A DNA stretch of 63,753 nucleotides, filler included, from Conidiobolus incongruus B7586 (Eukaryota): assembly GCA_000697335.1 (NCBI GenBank). It is 16 parts of 16 records of this genome, joined end to end, with 100 filler letters (N's around TTAATTAATTAA, not from the genome) between each part and the next. Parts side by side here need not be neighbours in the genome. Positions count along the whole stretch, not along the records: positions 52,012 to 53,289 come from JNEM01007323.1; positions 53,390 to 56,959 come from JNEM01007324.1; positions 57,060 to 59,556 come from JNEM01007327.1; positions 59,657 to 60,711 come from JNEM01007328.1; positions 60,812 to 62,310 come from JNEM01007330.1; positions 62,411 to 63,753 come from JNEM01007332.1; 10 more parts are not named here. One strand, given 5' to 3'. A program made the translations under genes and the position numbers. The notes beneath the pieces were generated by a model. It made no database searches, was not told where the DNA came from, and worked only from the letters and a program-made list of their open reading frames with translations. Of this stretch, positions 52,154 through 63,753 are shown piece by piece (within the stretch, counting starts at the first letter, position 1; each line of letters starts with the position of its first letter).

Positions 52154-54819
52154 TAATATATATATTATTATATAAATATCAGAAAATGAAATATGAATTT
52201 CAATATCAAAAATAATTTTTTAAGTCTAAAATTAAATTAAAACCAAAATCAATCAATTTTCAAATTATTTAAAATCTTTGCCTAAAGCAATTTTTTGAAT
52301 ATTTTAGAAAAGTTATTAATTTTGATAAGTTTACTTTAGTTTGATTATATAAATATCTAATAAAGATTTATATCCTTTTATTCCATGATATATATATAAA
52401 TCAATAACTATCATATATTTATATTAGAGTTTAATTTTATATCAAACAAGAATATCAATGTGTTTTTGTTTATAATTTTGATTAATAGATTGAAATTTAA
52501 ATTAAAAATATTTGAATTATATTTTGACAAGAATTTTTGTAATTTTTATTAATTTGTTTAGCGAATAAAATATATTACTATCAATTGATCTAAATAATAA
52601 TAATACTATATTTAATCAAAGGAAATTTCAAATTTAAAAATTTTTCAATTTTGATTTTATTGAATATAATCAAAATTTATCAATTTGATTATTATATAGA
52701 TGTTCAATTATATCTAATTTAACCATGGATTCAAGTTAAGCTGATAATACATAATATTGTGGTATTATTTATACAAAGGCTTCTATTTAGCAAATGATAA
52801 GTATAATAATTTAGAATATAACTTGGACTTAATATTAATCAAAAGATTTAAAAGATCTTTATTAATTGATATTTTTCAAAATATAGTTAATTTTTACATA
52901 TTAATTATATGAAATATACAAATAGATTTAAAATTAATAATATATATATTTATCAAGCTATTATGAAATAATTATATTTGATTTATATATTATTTATTAT
53001 TTTAATTATTTTAAATTCGATTATCAATATCTAAAGCCTTTCACTTAATATTTTGTAAATTTATTCTAAATATTTTATAATTATATAAAACCTATAATTT
53101 ACACAATAAAGAATCATATTTGAAATTATTATTAATTATTAGATTTTTTTTTAAAGCTAAAATAAAAATTATAAAATTTTATTTATAATCGAAAAATATA
53201 TAATATATAAATATATTTTTATTAAATAATAAAATATTTAAAAAATATAATAATACTCTTAACTAAAAAAACGAAAACATTTATTATTANNNNNNNNNNN
53301 NNNNNNNNNNNNNNNNNNNNNNNNNNNNNNNNNTTAATTAATTAANNNNNNNNNNNNNNNNNNNNNNNNNNNNNNNNNNNNNNNNNNNNTATATAATTTA
53401 ATATTGATATATTATATTATTCAATTTCTTTAATAATTAAAATTAAATCTTTTTGTTATTAATTTTTTTTAATTTTTTCAATTTTTGATAATAATTAAAT
53501 ATATAAAATATATATGAGTATTTATTAATATGTAATAATATATAAATATTTAATAACTTAAATTAGTTAAAAATTAATATATTTTGTCTTTTTTCAGATT
53601 TGAACCTTTAGTTCCTATTGTAATAAAAATAAATATTTGATAAATAGATAGTTTTAAATAATTAATATAAATTACTTCAAATTCTATTAAAAATTGATTA
53701 AATAATTCTTTGATTGCCTAAATTGAATTGTATTTATTATTTATGAAGTAAGAATTTTTGCATTACTTTTCCCTTTAATATTACATATTGGGACTAATTC
53801 ATATTAGAATAAATTTTAATAATTTTCATTTATTAATGATATTTTATCAATTTTTATCCATTAATAATTTTTGCTCTATTATCTACTAAAGAAATTTGAT
53901 AATTTTCTTGAATTATTTAGATCACCTCAAATATGTCATTATTTAATAAATATTCAAACAATTATTATTTCACTCATGCACAAACATATATAATGTTATT
54001 TATTTGATAACATGCGTCAGATTTTTAACCAAATAAAGATATAATGTCTCAGTTACATTTACAAGTTGCTTGCTCATATAAGCTAATCTATTATGATTAA
54101 TGAGGTAATTTATTTGTTTTTTGAAAAAGCCTCAAGTTTGAGATAATATTTATAAAAATGTATTCATTTTTTTGGAATGATATATTTTGAATACCCAATT
54201 ATTTTCAATTATTGATAGTACTGATAATGTAAGTTTATAACATTAATAGGTATACAAAGCATACGCTTATAGTATTGAATATAATTTATCTTGATTTTAT
54301 ACCAAAATTTATTTCATCGGTGCCTTTGAAGGAAATATATTCTAATTAATGCAGAAAAAAATACGGTTCATTAGTTTAAATTAAAATTATTATGTAGTGA
54401 CCCTGTAAAGGTTATTACCTGTTTCATTGACACAGCAAATATTCTAATATCTTCATTATTTACTATTTGCTAATATATACAATATTGATATTTGAAAATG
54501 GATTACTTAAACTAAATGGTTCAAAATGGATAAAACTAAAATATTAAAAATTAGGTGATGATGAAAAACTTTAATATCTTTAAAATAAATGATATTTATT
54601 AACATGAAAGTGTATCTTAAATTAGTTATATTTGGAAAAATGTTATTACTCGAAAATGAGTTAAATTATTCAGTTAATTTAAAATCTGTTTTGTTTTCAA
54701 TATTTGTTTCATTCAATTTAATCGACTGAAACAGATGTAAATGCAAAGATGAATATAAATAATGAGCAATCCAACAAATAATAGTCATTTGAATGGTGAA
54801 AATATAGAATAATCATTCA

Positions 54820-56486
54820 ATGAGTACATGGTTGGAATTAAGTCAATGTCAAGAATGCTCAGATTTACAACACCGATACAAAAAAACGCTCATATGTTCT
54901 AAATGTTTCAATACTCAAGTTATTTTCAAAGATAAGCAGAAACAGGGTAGAAAACCTTATCATTATTCATTGACTAAAAAGTTCAAATATGTTGTCAATA
55001 CTATGAATGATCTGATAGATCTAGGAGTCCAATCTTCTCTAATCACAAGACCAAAACGAATATTTACTACAATGGACAACTATTTAGGTTCTTTAAATGA
55101 TTTGGAAAATTATAAAATCCCGGTTATTCTATTATATCTCAGTTTTAGTCAGAAAAATATGACTATGTCTAATGTACTCAGTAAGTGGTTTTTATTACTT
55201 CCAATTATATCATTATAAAACCTTAACCTGAAGTATTACAGGTCAAAATTATCTAATGACTGAAATGCTAACTTTATTTGAAAACTTTATATTACCCAGG
55301 TGCATGGTATTTTTACCAGCTAAACTAAAATTGCTTTCAAAGTCTCAAACTGAGTATAAGTTATTATTATTTGCTATTTTATGTAGAAGTGAGTTTTTAT
55401 GTAAAGCTTACCAAATTAATAACAAGAGTGTCTCCATTAATTATCTTACACTCATTGAAGATATATATTTTTACCATTGTTACAAGCATTATTTGAATAT
55501 AGTTACAGAACCGAGTCTAGAACTTATACAATCGCTACTTCTGATGGGTGACTTAGAAACTTCCATTAGCATCCCTTCATTTCAAATTGGCTCAGTGAAG
55601 GCAATAACTTATTCTCAAACACTATCTTCATGAAGCAAATCATCCAATTCATCGTGAAGATAATATATACTTAAAGACTGAAAAGTTTTTAACTTGGGCG
55701 AATTGTGTATTGCTTGGTCAAAAATTATACTTTTATTCATCTTACCCAAGAGCATATAATTTAAACAGATACATTACTTGCGAGCACCTGAACGACGCAC
55801 CACTGTATCTCAAGAAATGGATAAGGCATACAAATTTTATAACTAACGTTGGAGTAGGTATAATTGACGCATTACAAATCAACATCAATATCAATCACAA
55901 CAAGTTTTTCAATGCCAACGAATTAAAAAAATTGAAAAATATTGTCCATATAATTCAAAATAATTCCATTGGAGAGATTCCTTTGAGTTATTTTCAAAGC
56001 AACCAACTTCACTCATATCATGTTGCAATCATTATCCAACATATTTTTTGGCATATGTTTATACTTGTTACAAGTGATTCTTTTGATAAAATTTTAAAAT
56101 CACCTGAGCATGTCAAGCGGCTTCCTAAAGAAATGATAGAGACGATGAAGTTAGAATCACTATCCAAAATCAAATCGGCAAGAGAGATTTTAAATGTAGC
56201 AACGGAAGTATGCGATTTCAAAGTATTTACATCCTCTCATTTACACTACTTGGAAATATCGCATAATATATTTCCTTGGTCCTATATCTATGCTTTTCGA
56301 GCGCTTCTTATTGAAAATCAACTTTCATTGGATGAAACTGGATTAATATCAATCGTAATGGAAAAGTCGAAAATCCTAACTAAACTGGCCAAGTACAAAA
56401 ATTTCTACGATATTCTTACCTCAGATCTTGAAATGAGAGGTATTATAATTACTTATAATGATCTCAATCAGAATTTGATAAATTAA
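54820..56486 (+). pseudogene. Fungal transcription-factor-like gene (degenerate Cys cluster plus MHR-like region) with one frameshift
   Basis: CQEC-x12-CSKC followed by a basic patch. Intron 55181-55241 joins ORF1 to ORF2. PSLELIQSLLLM..KAITYSQTL / LHEANH continues in another frame at ~55625 into ORF 55710-56486. Confidence 0.6.
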
Positions 56487-56789
56487 AATTTCAAAAAATT
56501 CAAAAAATAATTTTCAAGCAATTATTTATTTTTAAATTGAAAATTTCAATACTGTTGAATTAATTCAAGTTTATTATATTTAATAAGTCAATTAATTTTA
56601 ACAATATTCTACAAATTTCATTTGGGGTTAATTTGATATTGATGATGGTTCATAATTCATTCAAGAGTAATTAATTGAACCAAATAATATCTCAGATAAT
56701 AATTAAATTTATGTTAACAAATATAGATTTTGTATATCAGATAGAATGAAAATAATAAATAATATATAGGATGGTATATTATCTCAGAA

Positions 56790-56959
56790 TTGAAAAATAG
56801 GAAGTTTTTTAATTTATAATGTTTTAAATAAATTAATTTCAATATATATATAATTTGGAAATTTATATATAAAAAAATATTATTATTAAAAAATTAACTT
56901 TTATAATTTTATTGTTTGGTATAATTATTCTTAAATTTAATATTAATTAATAAGTTTTT
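56790..56959 (+). mobile_element. Possible mariner left-end relic
   Basis: aaaataggaagtttttt...aaaaattaactttt resembles 9801-10010. Confidence 0.4.
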
Positions 56960-57059
56960 NNNNNNNNNNNNNNNNNNNNNNNNNNNNNNNNNNNNNNNNN
57001 NNNTTAATTAATTAANNNNNNNNNNNNNNNNNNNNNNNNNNNNNNNNNNNNNNNNNNNN

Positions 57060-58589
57060 CCATTTATTTTTTAAATAATATTAAATCTTAAAAGAGGAAA
57101 TTTAAAAGTTACTTAAAATTAGATATATTAAACTTTCTTTTTTATTATAAAAATCATTTAATTTTTAATATAAAATATTAATAATAGTTAAAGATTATAT
57201 ATTAATAATTATATTTTAAACTGTAAAACTATTAAGGATAAAATGTCATTATTAAATATATATGATATTAAAGATAAATTGCTTAAATCAACTATATTCA
57301 TTAAATTAAATATTAGAAATAAATATTATAATATTAAAGTTGAAGAAAATTCTATTTTTTTAACTATTTTTAATATTTTTTTAAGTTATTATAAATATAC
57401 TATTATAAACTTTAGAATATATAATATCTTTATAATTTTTATTTAATTTATCAATTCCTTTTTTGAATCTTGTTTTTAATAACTTTATTATTATTTACCT
57501 TCATAATATTTTAATATATTTAAAAACTAAAAGAGAATATATTTAATATGTTAATTAAGTTTTAGAAATTATTCAAGAATATAAATTATCTTCAATATTA
57601 TGAAAATATATTTTTAATTCTTTTTCTATCTCCTTCTATAGTTATATTATTTTTACTTAATAATTTAATATTAATTTAACTAAATTAAGTTATATAAAAG
57701 CTTTTACTTTATTTTTAAATAAAAATCAACTTATATTTATACTATAATTATTAAATTACTTTAAAGTTTTCATACTTTCTTATGTTAAACTTATAATCTT
57801 TCTAACTAATCTCTTAAGAAAAACTTTTTCTTTTAAATAAACCATATTATATACTTTTTATATTACCAATATTTTTATTTAATATATCTTTAATATAAAA
57901 CTATTCATTATTATTTTCACTAACTTGAATTATTTTATAATTAGTAGATAATTAACCTAATTGAAATTTAATTTATATTTTATTTTATAATTATTGGATA
58001 AAATAATAAATAAAGAAAATAAATTAAATTTAACTTTATAAATATAGTCTTAATATTAATAATATTTTAGTTAAAAAAATAAAACCAGCTAAATTAAAAT
58101 ACCTAGTTTATGAACAAAAATATTTTGCTTTGATTAAAATAATCAAAAATTACTTATATTTCTTATTTTATAATTTTTTTCCTAGCATTTACAGATTACA
58201 AATTACTTATCTACTTCAATACCTAAAATTATTTATTTAAAAAACAAATTAAATAAATTATAACTTTTTAAACTTTTTTTTATTTAATATCTTTTAAATT
58301 AATAAAATTATACTTTAGTTACTTTGTTAAATAATTCAATATATTTATCCTTTTATTCTAATTATAAAAACCCAGCAAATATTAATTTAATAATTATTAA
58401 TAAAAGAATTAAAAAACTTATTAAACAATTTTAAAAAATATTATTAAATAATAATCTCTTTATTTTAATTAAAGAAAATCTCTGTAAATTATTAGGAAAT
58501 TAATTAAAATATATTAAAAAATTTAAAATTTTTTATAACTTATTATATTATAATAATTGTTTATATATCTTTACTATTCTTAATATTCT
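57060..58589 (+). mobile_element. Highly degenerate gypsy family A internal region (RT-RNaseH)
   Basis: Reverse-complement homology to ~3055-4600. Confidence 0.8.
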
Positions 58590-60711
58590 TGTAAGTGTAG
58601 TGGTAGTTAAACTAATATAGTGTAGAGGAAGACTTAATATAAAAGTAGTGTGGTGCAGAATGTGGTAATATAACATGGCTGTAGTGTGCAAGTGTAAACA
58701 AAGTTTAATTAAGCTTTGAACTAGGATGAGTCACTGATATATTAAGATTTATATTAGGTAGTGCCAATATCCTACAATATCAACAGAATATAGTCTCAAT
58801 TTTAGAAATAGTGTAAAAGTAAAAATAGTAAGAATTGAGAAGAAAAAGAAAAACCTAGTTTATTAGATAATTTAATACTATTTATACAATTAATTTAACT
58901 ATATAAGTATAAATTAATCATATAATTTATAGTTAATTGGATTATATGAAAGTATATATAAGAATTTAGAGAACTAGTCTTTTAATACTCCCCCAGTAGG
59001 TTTCTTAGAGAAGACACACTCCCTAATTTTTTGCAAATAGGTATAGTAGGCTAAGGTATTCTTAATATTTTCTAGAGGTTCCTATGTAGCTTCTTGAATA
59101 GGATAACCTATCCATTTTACATAAAAATAAAGCTTATTCCTAATAGATTTAGACTTAATTATATAATCAATATAGTATTCTTCTTCTCCATCTTGATTAA
59201 TAATTAGATCTAGTTTTGGGGTTTTTAATTGATTAAGAAAAGTGTCAAAATCTTCAAAGTATGGTTTAATTTTGGATATGTGAAAGGTAAGGTTGATCCT
59301 CAAAGTTGGAGGTAATTCCAAGGTAATATTTTCAAAATTTGAATCAATAGATTGAATTTTATAGGGACTATAGTATAATAGTAAGTATTTGGGATTTAAG
59401 CCAGATTTAAGTAGGGTAGGTTTAAGGGTAGATTGTTCTAAGTATACAAACATACTAGTTTTATATTTAAGAGGGTTTCTGGATAACTTTGAGTATTGTT
59501 GTTCTATGATCCTTTGATTTTCTTCTAAGTTAAATTTAACAAGAGAATTAATATGTNNNNNNNNNNNNNNNNNNNNNNNNNNNNNNNNNNNNNNNNNNNN
59601 TTAATTAATTAANNNNNNNNNNNNNNNNNNNNNNNNNNNNNNNNNNNNNNNNNNNNTTGTAAGTGTTAAGAAAAGGTTGCAAGACAAGAAATGTGAGTGA
59701 TTTTTGATCATTTCTACTAAAGCAAAGAGTTTTTGTTTATAGACTAGGTATTTCAATTCAGCTGGTTTCATTTTTCTTAACCAGAATGTTATTGGTTTTA
59801 AGGTAACATTTGTAGGGTTAAACTCAACCTGTTCTCCCCTATTTATTATTTTATCCTATAGTTATAGGGTAAAATATAAATTAAATTCAAACTAGGCTAA
59901 CTATCCACTAATTGTAAAAGAACTAAAGTCAGTAAAAATAATGGTAGGTAGTTTTGGATTAAAAATAGATAAAGTAAAAGCATTGGTAATATAGAAAATC
60001 AAAGCATTTATGCCAAAAGTGTATAGTGGGGTTTATTCAAAAGGAGAGTCTTTCTTCAAGAGATTAGTAAGAGGGGTAGCTAGTTCAACAAAAGAATCAA
60101 TGAAATCTTTAAAGTAATTTAATAATCCAAGTATAAACATAAGTTGATCTTTGTTTATAAATATAGTAAAAGCTTTAACACTATTGAGTTTAGTTAGATC
60201 AATACTAATTCCTTAAGAGAAAACAATATAACCACAGAAAGGGATAGAAGAGGCACCAAAGATACATTTTGATAGTTTCAAAGGTAATTTATGTTCTTGA
60301 ATAATTTGTAGGACCTGATTAACATATTGAATATATTCTTCTTTAGTTTTTAAATGGATCAGGATATTATCAAGGTAGGTGATAACAAAGTTATTAAAGA
60401 CAGGGTTGAAAAGGGAATTGATGAATCAAGTGAAAGTTGCAGGAGCATTATACAATTTAAAGTTTATAACAGTAAATTTATAGTGGCTTAAAAGAGTGTT
60501 GAAAGTAGTTAAAGGGATAGAGTTTTCTTCAACTCTAATGTTGTAATATCTATTCCTAACATCTAGTTTGGTAAATATAGTTGATCTAAGTAGTCTATCC
60601 CTAACATCATGTAGGTTTAATAATGGGGTTTTATCCTTAATAGTTTTAGAGTTTAAAACATAGTTATCAATATATAGTCTCTAACCACCATTAGCCTTTT
60701 ATATAAAGAGG
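58590..60711 (-). mobile_element. Gypsy family A, less mutated copy (3' LTR 58590-58987, chromodomain, RNaseH, RT; spans a gap)
   Basis: PPT gggggag; chromodomain EEYYIDYIIK..YVKWIGYPIQEAT; RT VITYLDNILI (YLDD->YLDN); RNaseH FTDFSSF..KPITFWLRKMKPAELKY. Confidence 0.92.
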
Positions 60712-60811
60712 NNNNNNNNNNNNNNNNNNNNNNNNNNNNNNNNNNNNNNNNNNNNTTAATTAATTAANNNNNNNNNNNNNNNNNNNNNNNNNNNNNNNNN
60801 NNNNNNNNNNN

Positions 60812-62105
60812 TAATGGGAATTTTTTGTGATTGAAAAAAAATAAACATTTTAATATATAAAAAGTAAAAATAAATATATATTATAGAATTAATAATTTCT
60901 TTTATTTCTAATAACTTTTTGCTATACTTTTGGTAAAGATCTAATACTTAAAAAACAATTCTTTTTATTAAAGACTGAAATTTGATATTTCATAAACTAA
61001 TTAAATTTTCTTGCAGAAATTTTCTTTCTTGTAAGTTAGTTTTTTAATTGCCTAAAACAATTATAATCACATAAATTATAATCTAAGGAATATACTAGAT
61101 GTGGTAGTTTTTTTCAGTTATTTTTAATTAAAAAGTTTTTTATAACTTTAGATTTATGTATTTTATAATTATCATGCAAAATAATAGGTTTTCTCAAATT
61201 ATATTGAGAATACCAATTAAAAATAGTTTTATTTAAAAAAGAAATATAAAGTTTATTATTAATTGATTTTCCTTTAAAAACTAAATAAGAATAACATATG
61301 CTATTATAATCTATTATAATAATTAATATTTGCTTATCAACAAAATATTTATTTAAAGGTATTTGTGGAGGGGGTTGATTTAACTTAATCCAACACTTTA
61401 ATTTATGTTTTAGTAAAAGATTATACAAAAAAATCTAAGATTCATAAATTGTAATAATTTGCTATAAAAGCTTTGGTTTCTAACTATACCTTAGTAAGTT
61501 TTGTTTAATAATAGCTACTCTAGCTTTTTTTTAAGCTTTAGTTAAATTATAAGGTATTTATTTTACATTTTTATTAATTAATTTTAATTTAAACTTTAAT
61601 ATATACAAAATACTTATATAACTAATATTAAATTAACTTGATAATTCTCTAACTAAAATAAAAAAGTGCTTTTCAATATATTTTTTTATTTTATTAATAA
61701 TTAAAAGAGTAACAATTAAAATTAGTTTTTTAGATTTTAACAGGTTTTGGGTAGTTTCTCTCTTAGCTTTAAAGTAATTTACCTAGTAATAAATTGTTGA
61801 TTTAAATAATACTTCATTATTAAAAGCTGCTTGTAAATTTTAAATAATTTTAAAGGGTTTATAGTTAAGTTTTACTAATACTAAAATAAAAAACTTTTGA
61901 TGGTTATTATTTAGTTTAAGTATAATTAAATTAAACAACTAATTTTAAAAAATTATTTTATTAATCAAAAAAATTATTATATATATATACAATTTAAAAC
62001 TATTTATTTTCTTATTTGTTTTGTATATATTCTTTTATTTGAAACTAATAATATGTTTGAAAAATTAGAAATTAAAAAATTTCCCATTTTTTTAATTCAA
62101 TGGTA
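60812..62105 (-). mobile_element. Degenerate mariner, nearly full length
   Basis: Reverse complement of 9801-11102 with TIR remnants at both ends. Confidence 0.9.
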
Positions 62106-62109
62106 ATAG

Positions 62110-62310
62110 AAACATTAATATCTAATATATCTATCTTTTGCTTTTTTAACCTTTTTAAGTTTATAAGGTATAAAATCAACTAACTTTTTATATTAAGCAA
62201 AAACTAATATTATTATAAGTTTCTTAAATATAATTTTAAAGTTAATTTAAAATTTTTATTAGGGGGAAAGCTTTAATTAATTTTTTTAATTAATCTTAAA
62301 AATATTTTAT
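62110..62310 (-). mobile_element. Tc1-like fragment abutting the mariner
   Basis: Homologous to 49570-49740 and 48170-48350. Confidence 0.7.
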
Positions 62311-62410
62311 NNNNNNNNNNNNNNNNNNNNNNNNNNNNNNNNNNNNNNNNNNNNTTAATTAATTAANNNNNNNNNNNNNNNNNNNNNNNNNNNNNNNNNN
62401 NNNNNNNNNN

Positions 62411-63753
62411 GTTTTTGAGATAAAGGGATATATTTAATAATATATAACCATATCTTTTTTCTCTTTTTGCTATTATTTTTTATAATATTTTATAGATATA
62501 TTAAATTTTTTTATTAATATTATTATACTTAAATCCTTCTTTAAAAAAATCTATTTATACATTAATCAACTTTATAAAAAAAATAAATCAACTTGTAATA
62601 TTACTAGAATTACTAGTGTTAGTTAGTTTATTATAGTTAGGGTTGTTAAGAATAACAATAAAAAAACATTTAAACTTAAACTTAAGTATGTTAAAACTAT
62701 AGATAAATATAATAAGAAGTATATTTATAAGTTAATTAATATAAGCAAATATAATACTATTGTAAAAATATAATATAAACTATAAAACTATATAAGAATA
62801 TTAATTAACTCTAATATTATTATATATACTTTATATTAACATAGATACCACTTATACTTTAAGAAAAAACACCCCTAACTAAAAAAATCCTATTGTAAAG
62901 TTAGGTAAAAATTTAAATATTACCACTAATGTTAAATTAAAACTAATTAAAATAAAGGTATTCAATTTAATAAAACAAAAATATATTTTAGTAGATTTAA
63001 TAAAAAAACTAGATACTTTAAAAAAGATATAAAACTACTTTATAACTATTATGTTAATTTTACCTAAAAGTATAATAGCAGGTTAATTATTATTTAGGGA
63101 TATATATTATCTTTAGGTATAAAATATCTTTGTAAAATTAATAAAGGAATTAATATTAAAATATACTAAAGTATTTTAAATAATAAATTAAAAAAAATTA
63201 TTGAATAATATAGGTTAAATAAATCTAATGTTATTTTTTAATAAGATAATACTTTTTATTATACTATAGCTTTTATTACTAAATAGCTTAAAAATAACAA
63301 AATAATAGTTATAAAGTAGTTTCTTTAATTTTTTAATTTTAATCTAATTAAACACCTTTAAGATTAATTAAAAAAAGTTATTAAAGCTTTCCCCCTAGTA
63401 AAAAATTTAAATCAACTTTAAAAATATATTTAAGAAGTATAAAACAAGATTAACTTTATTTAATATAAGAAGTTAATTGATTTTATACCTTACAAACTTA
63501 AAGAAGTTAAAAAAGCTAAAGGTAAATACATTAAATTTTAATTTTTTTTATTATCAAAAACCTATAAATTTATAACTCACCTTAGGTAAAATTTAAAAGT
63601 TTATATTTTAACCAATTAAAAACTAAATATTATCATTTAATAATATATATAATTAATAAATATAATAGATTTTAATTATTTTATTTAGGTTTATTTTATT
63701 AAATATTAATAAAGTTATTAGTAAAAATATAAGTATTTTTGATTTTATAATTT
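62411..63753 (+). mobile_element. Tc1-like copy, collinear with 31243-32590 but more mutated
   Basis: Base-by-base alignable with the 31184 copy; differences are overwhelmingly C->T and G->A. Confidence 0.93.

Overview
Very AT-rich fungal (eukaryotic) DNA with ~50-60 nt GT-AG introns. The gene set and composition suggest an early-diverging fungus such as a Conidiobolus-like entomophthoralean, but that is inference only. The window is a pseudomolecule of 16 contigs joined by 15 artificial 100-bp N44-TTAATTAATTAA-N44 spacers, so adjacency across gaps is unreliable. Host genes: a DTW-domain tRNA acp3U transferase, glucose-6-phosphate 1-epimerase, SGF73/ataxin-7, PBP1/ataxin-2, CHS7, a tetraspanin, a Dsf2-like Sel1-repeat protein, a small secreted GWNN-repeat peptide precursor, capping protein alpha, VPS23/TSG101, enolase (cut by a gap) and a frameshifted fungal transcription-factor-like gene. 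About a third of the window is nested transposon debris from three multicopy families: a DD34E Tc1 with long IR/DR ends, a DD34D mariner and a chromoviral Ty3/gypsy. These are degraded almost entirely by C->T/G->A transitions (RIP-like). Three other LTR-element fragments are unmutated. Best leads: RIP-like hypermutation outside the Dikarya, the GWNN peptide precursor, apparent intronization of the Sgf73 zinc finger, Sleeping-Beauty-type IR/DR ends, and a gag-less two-LTR retroelement.
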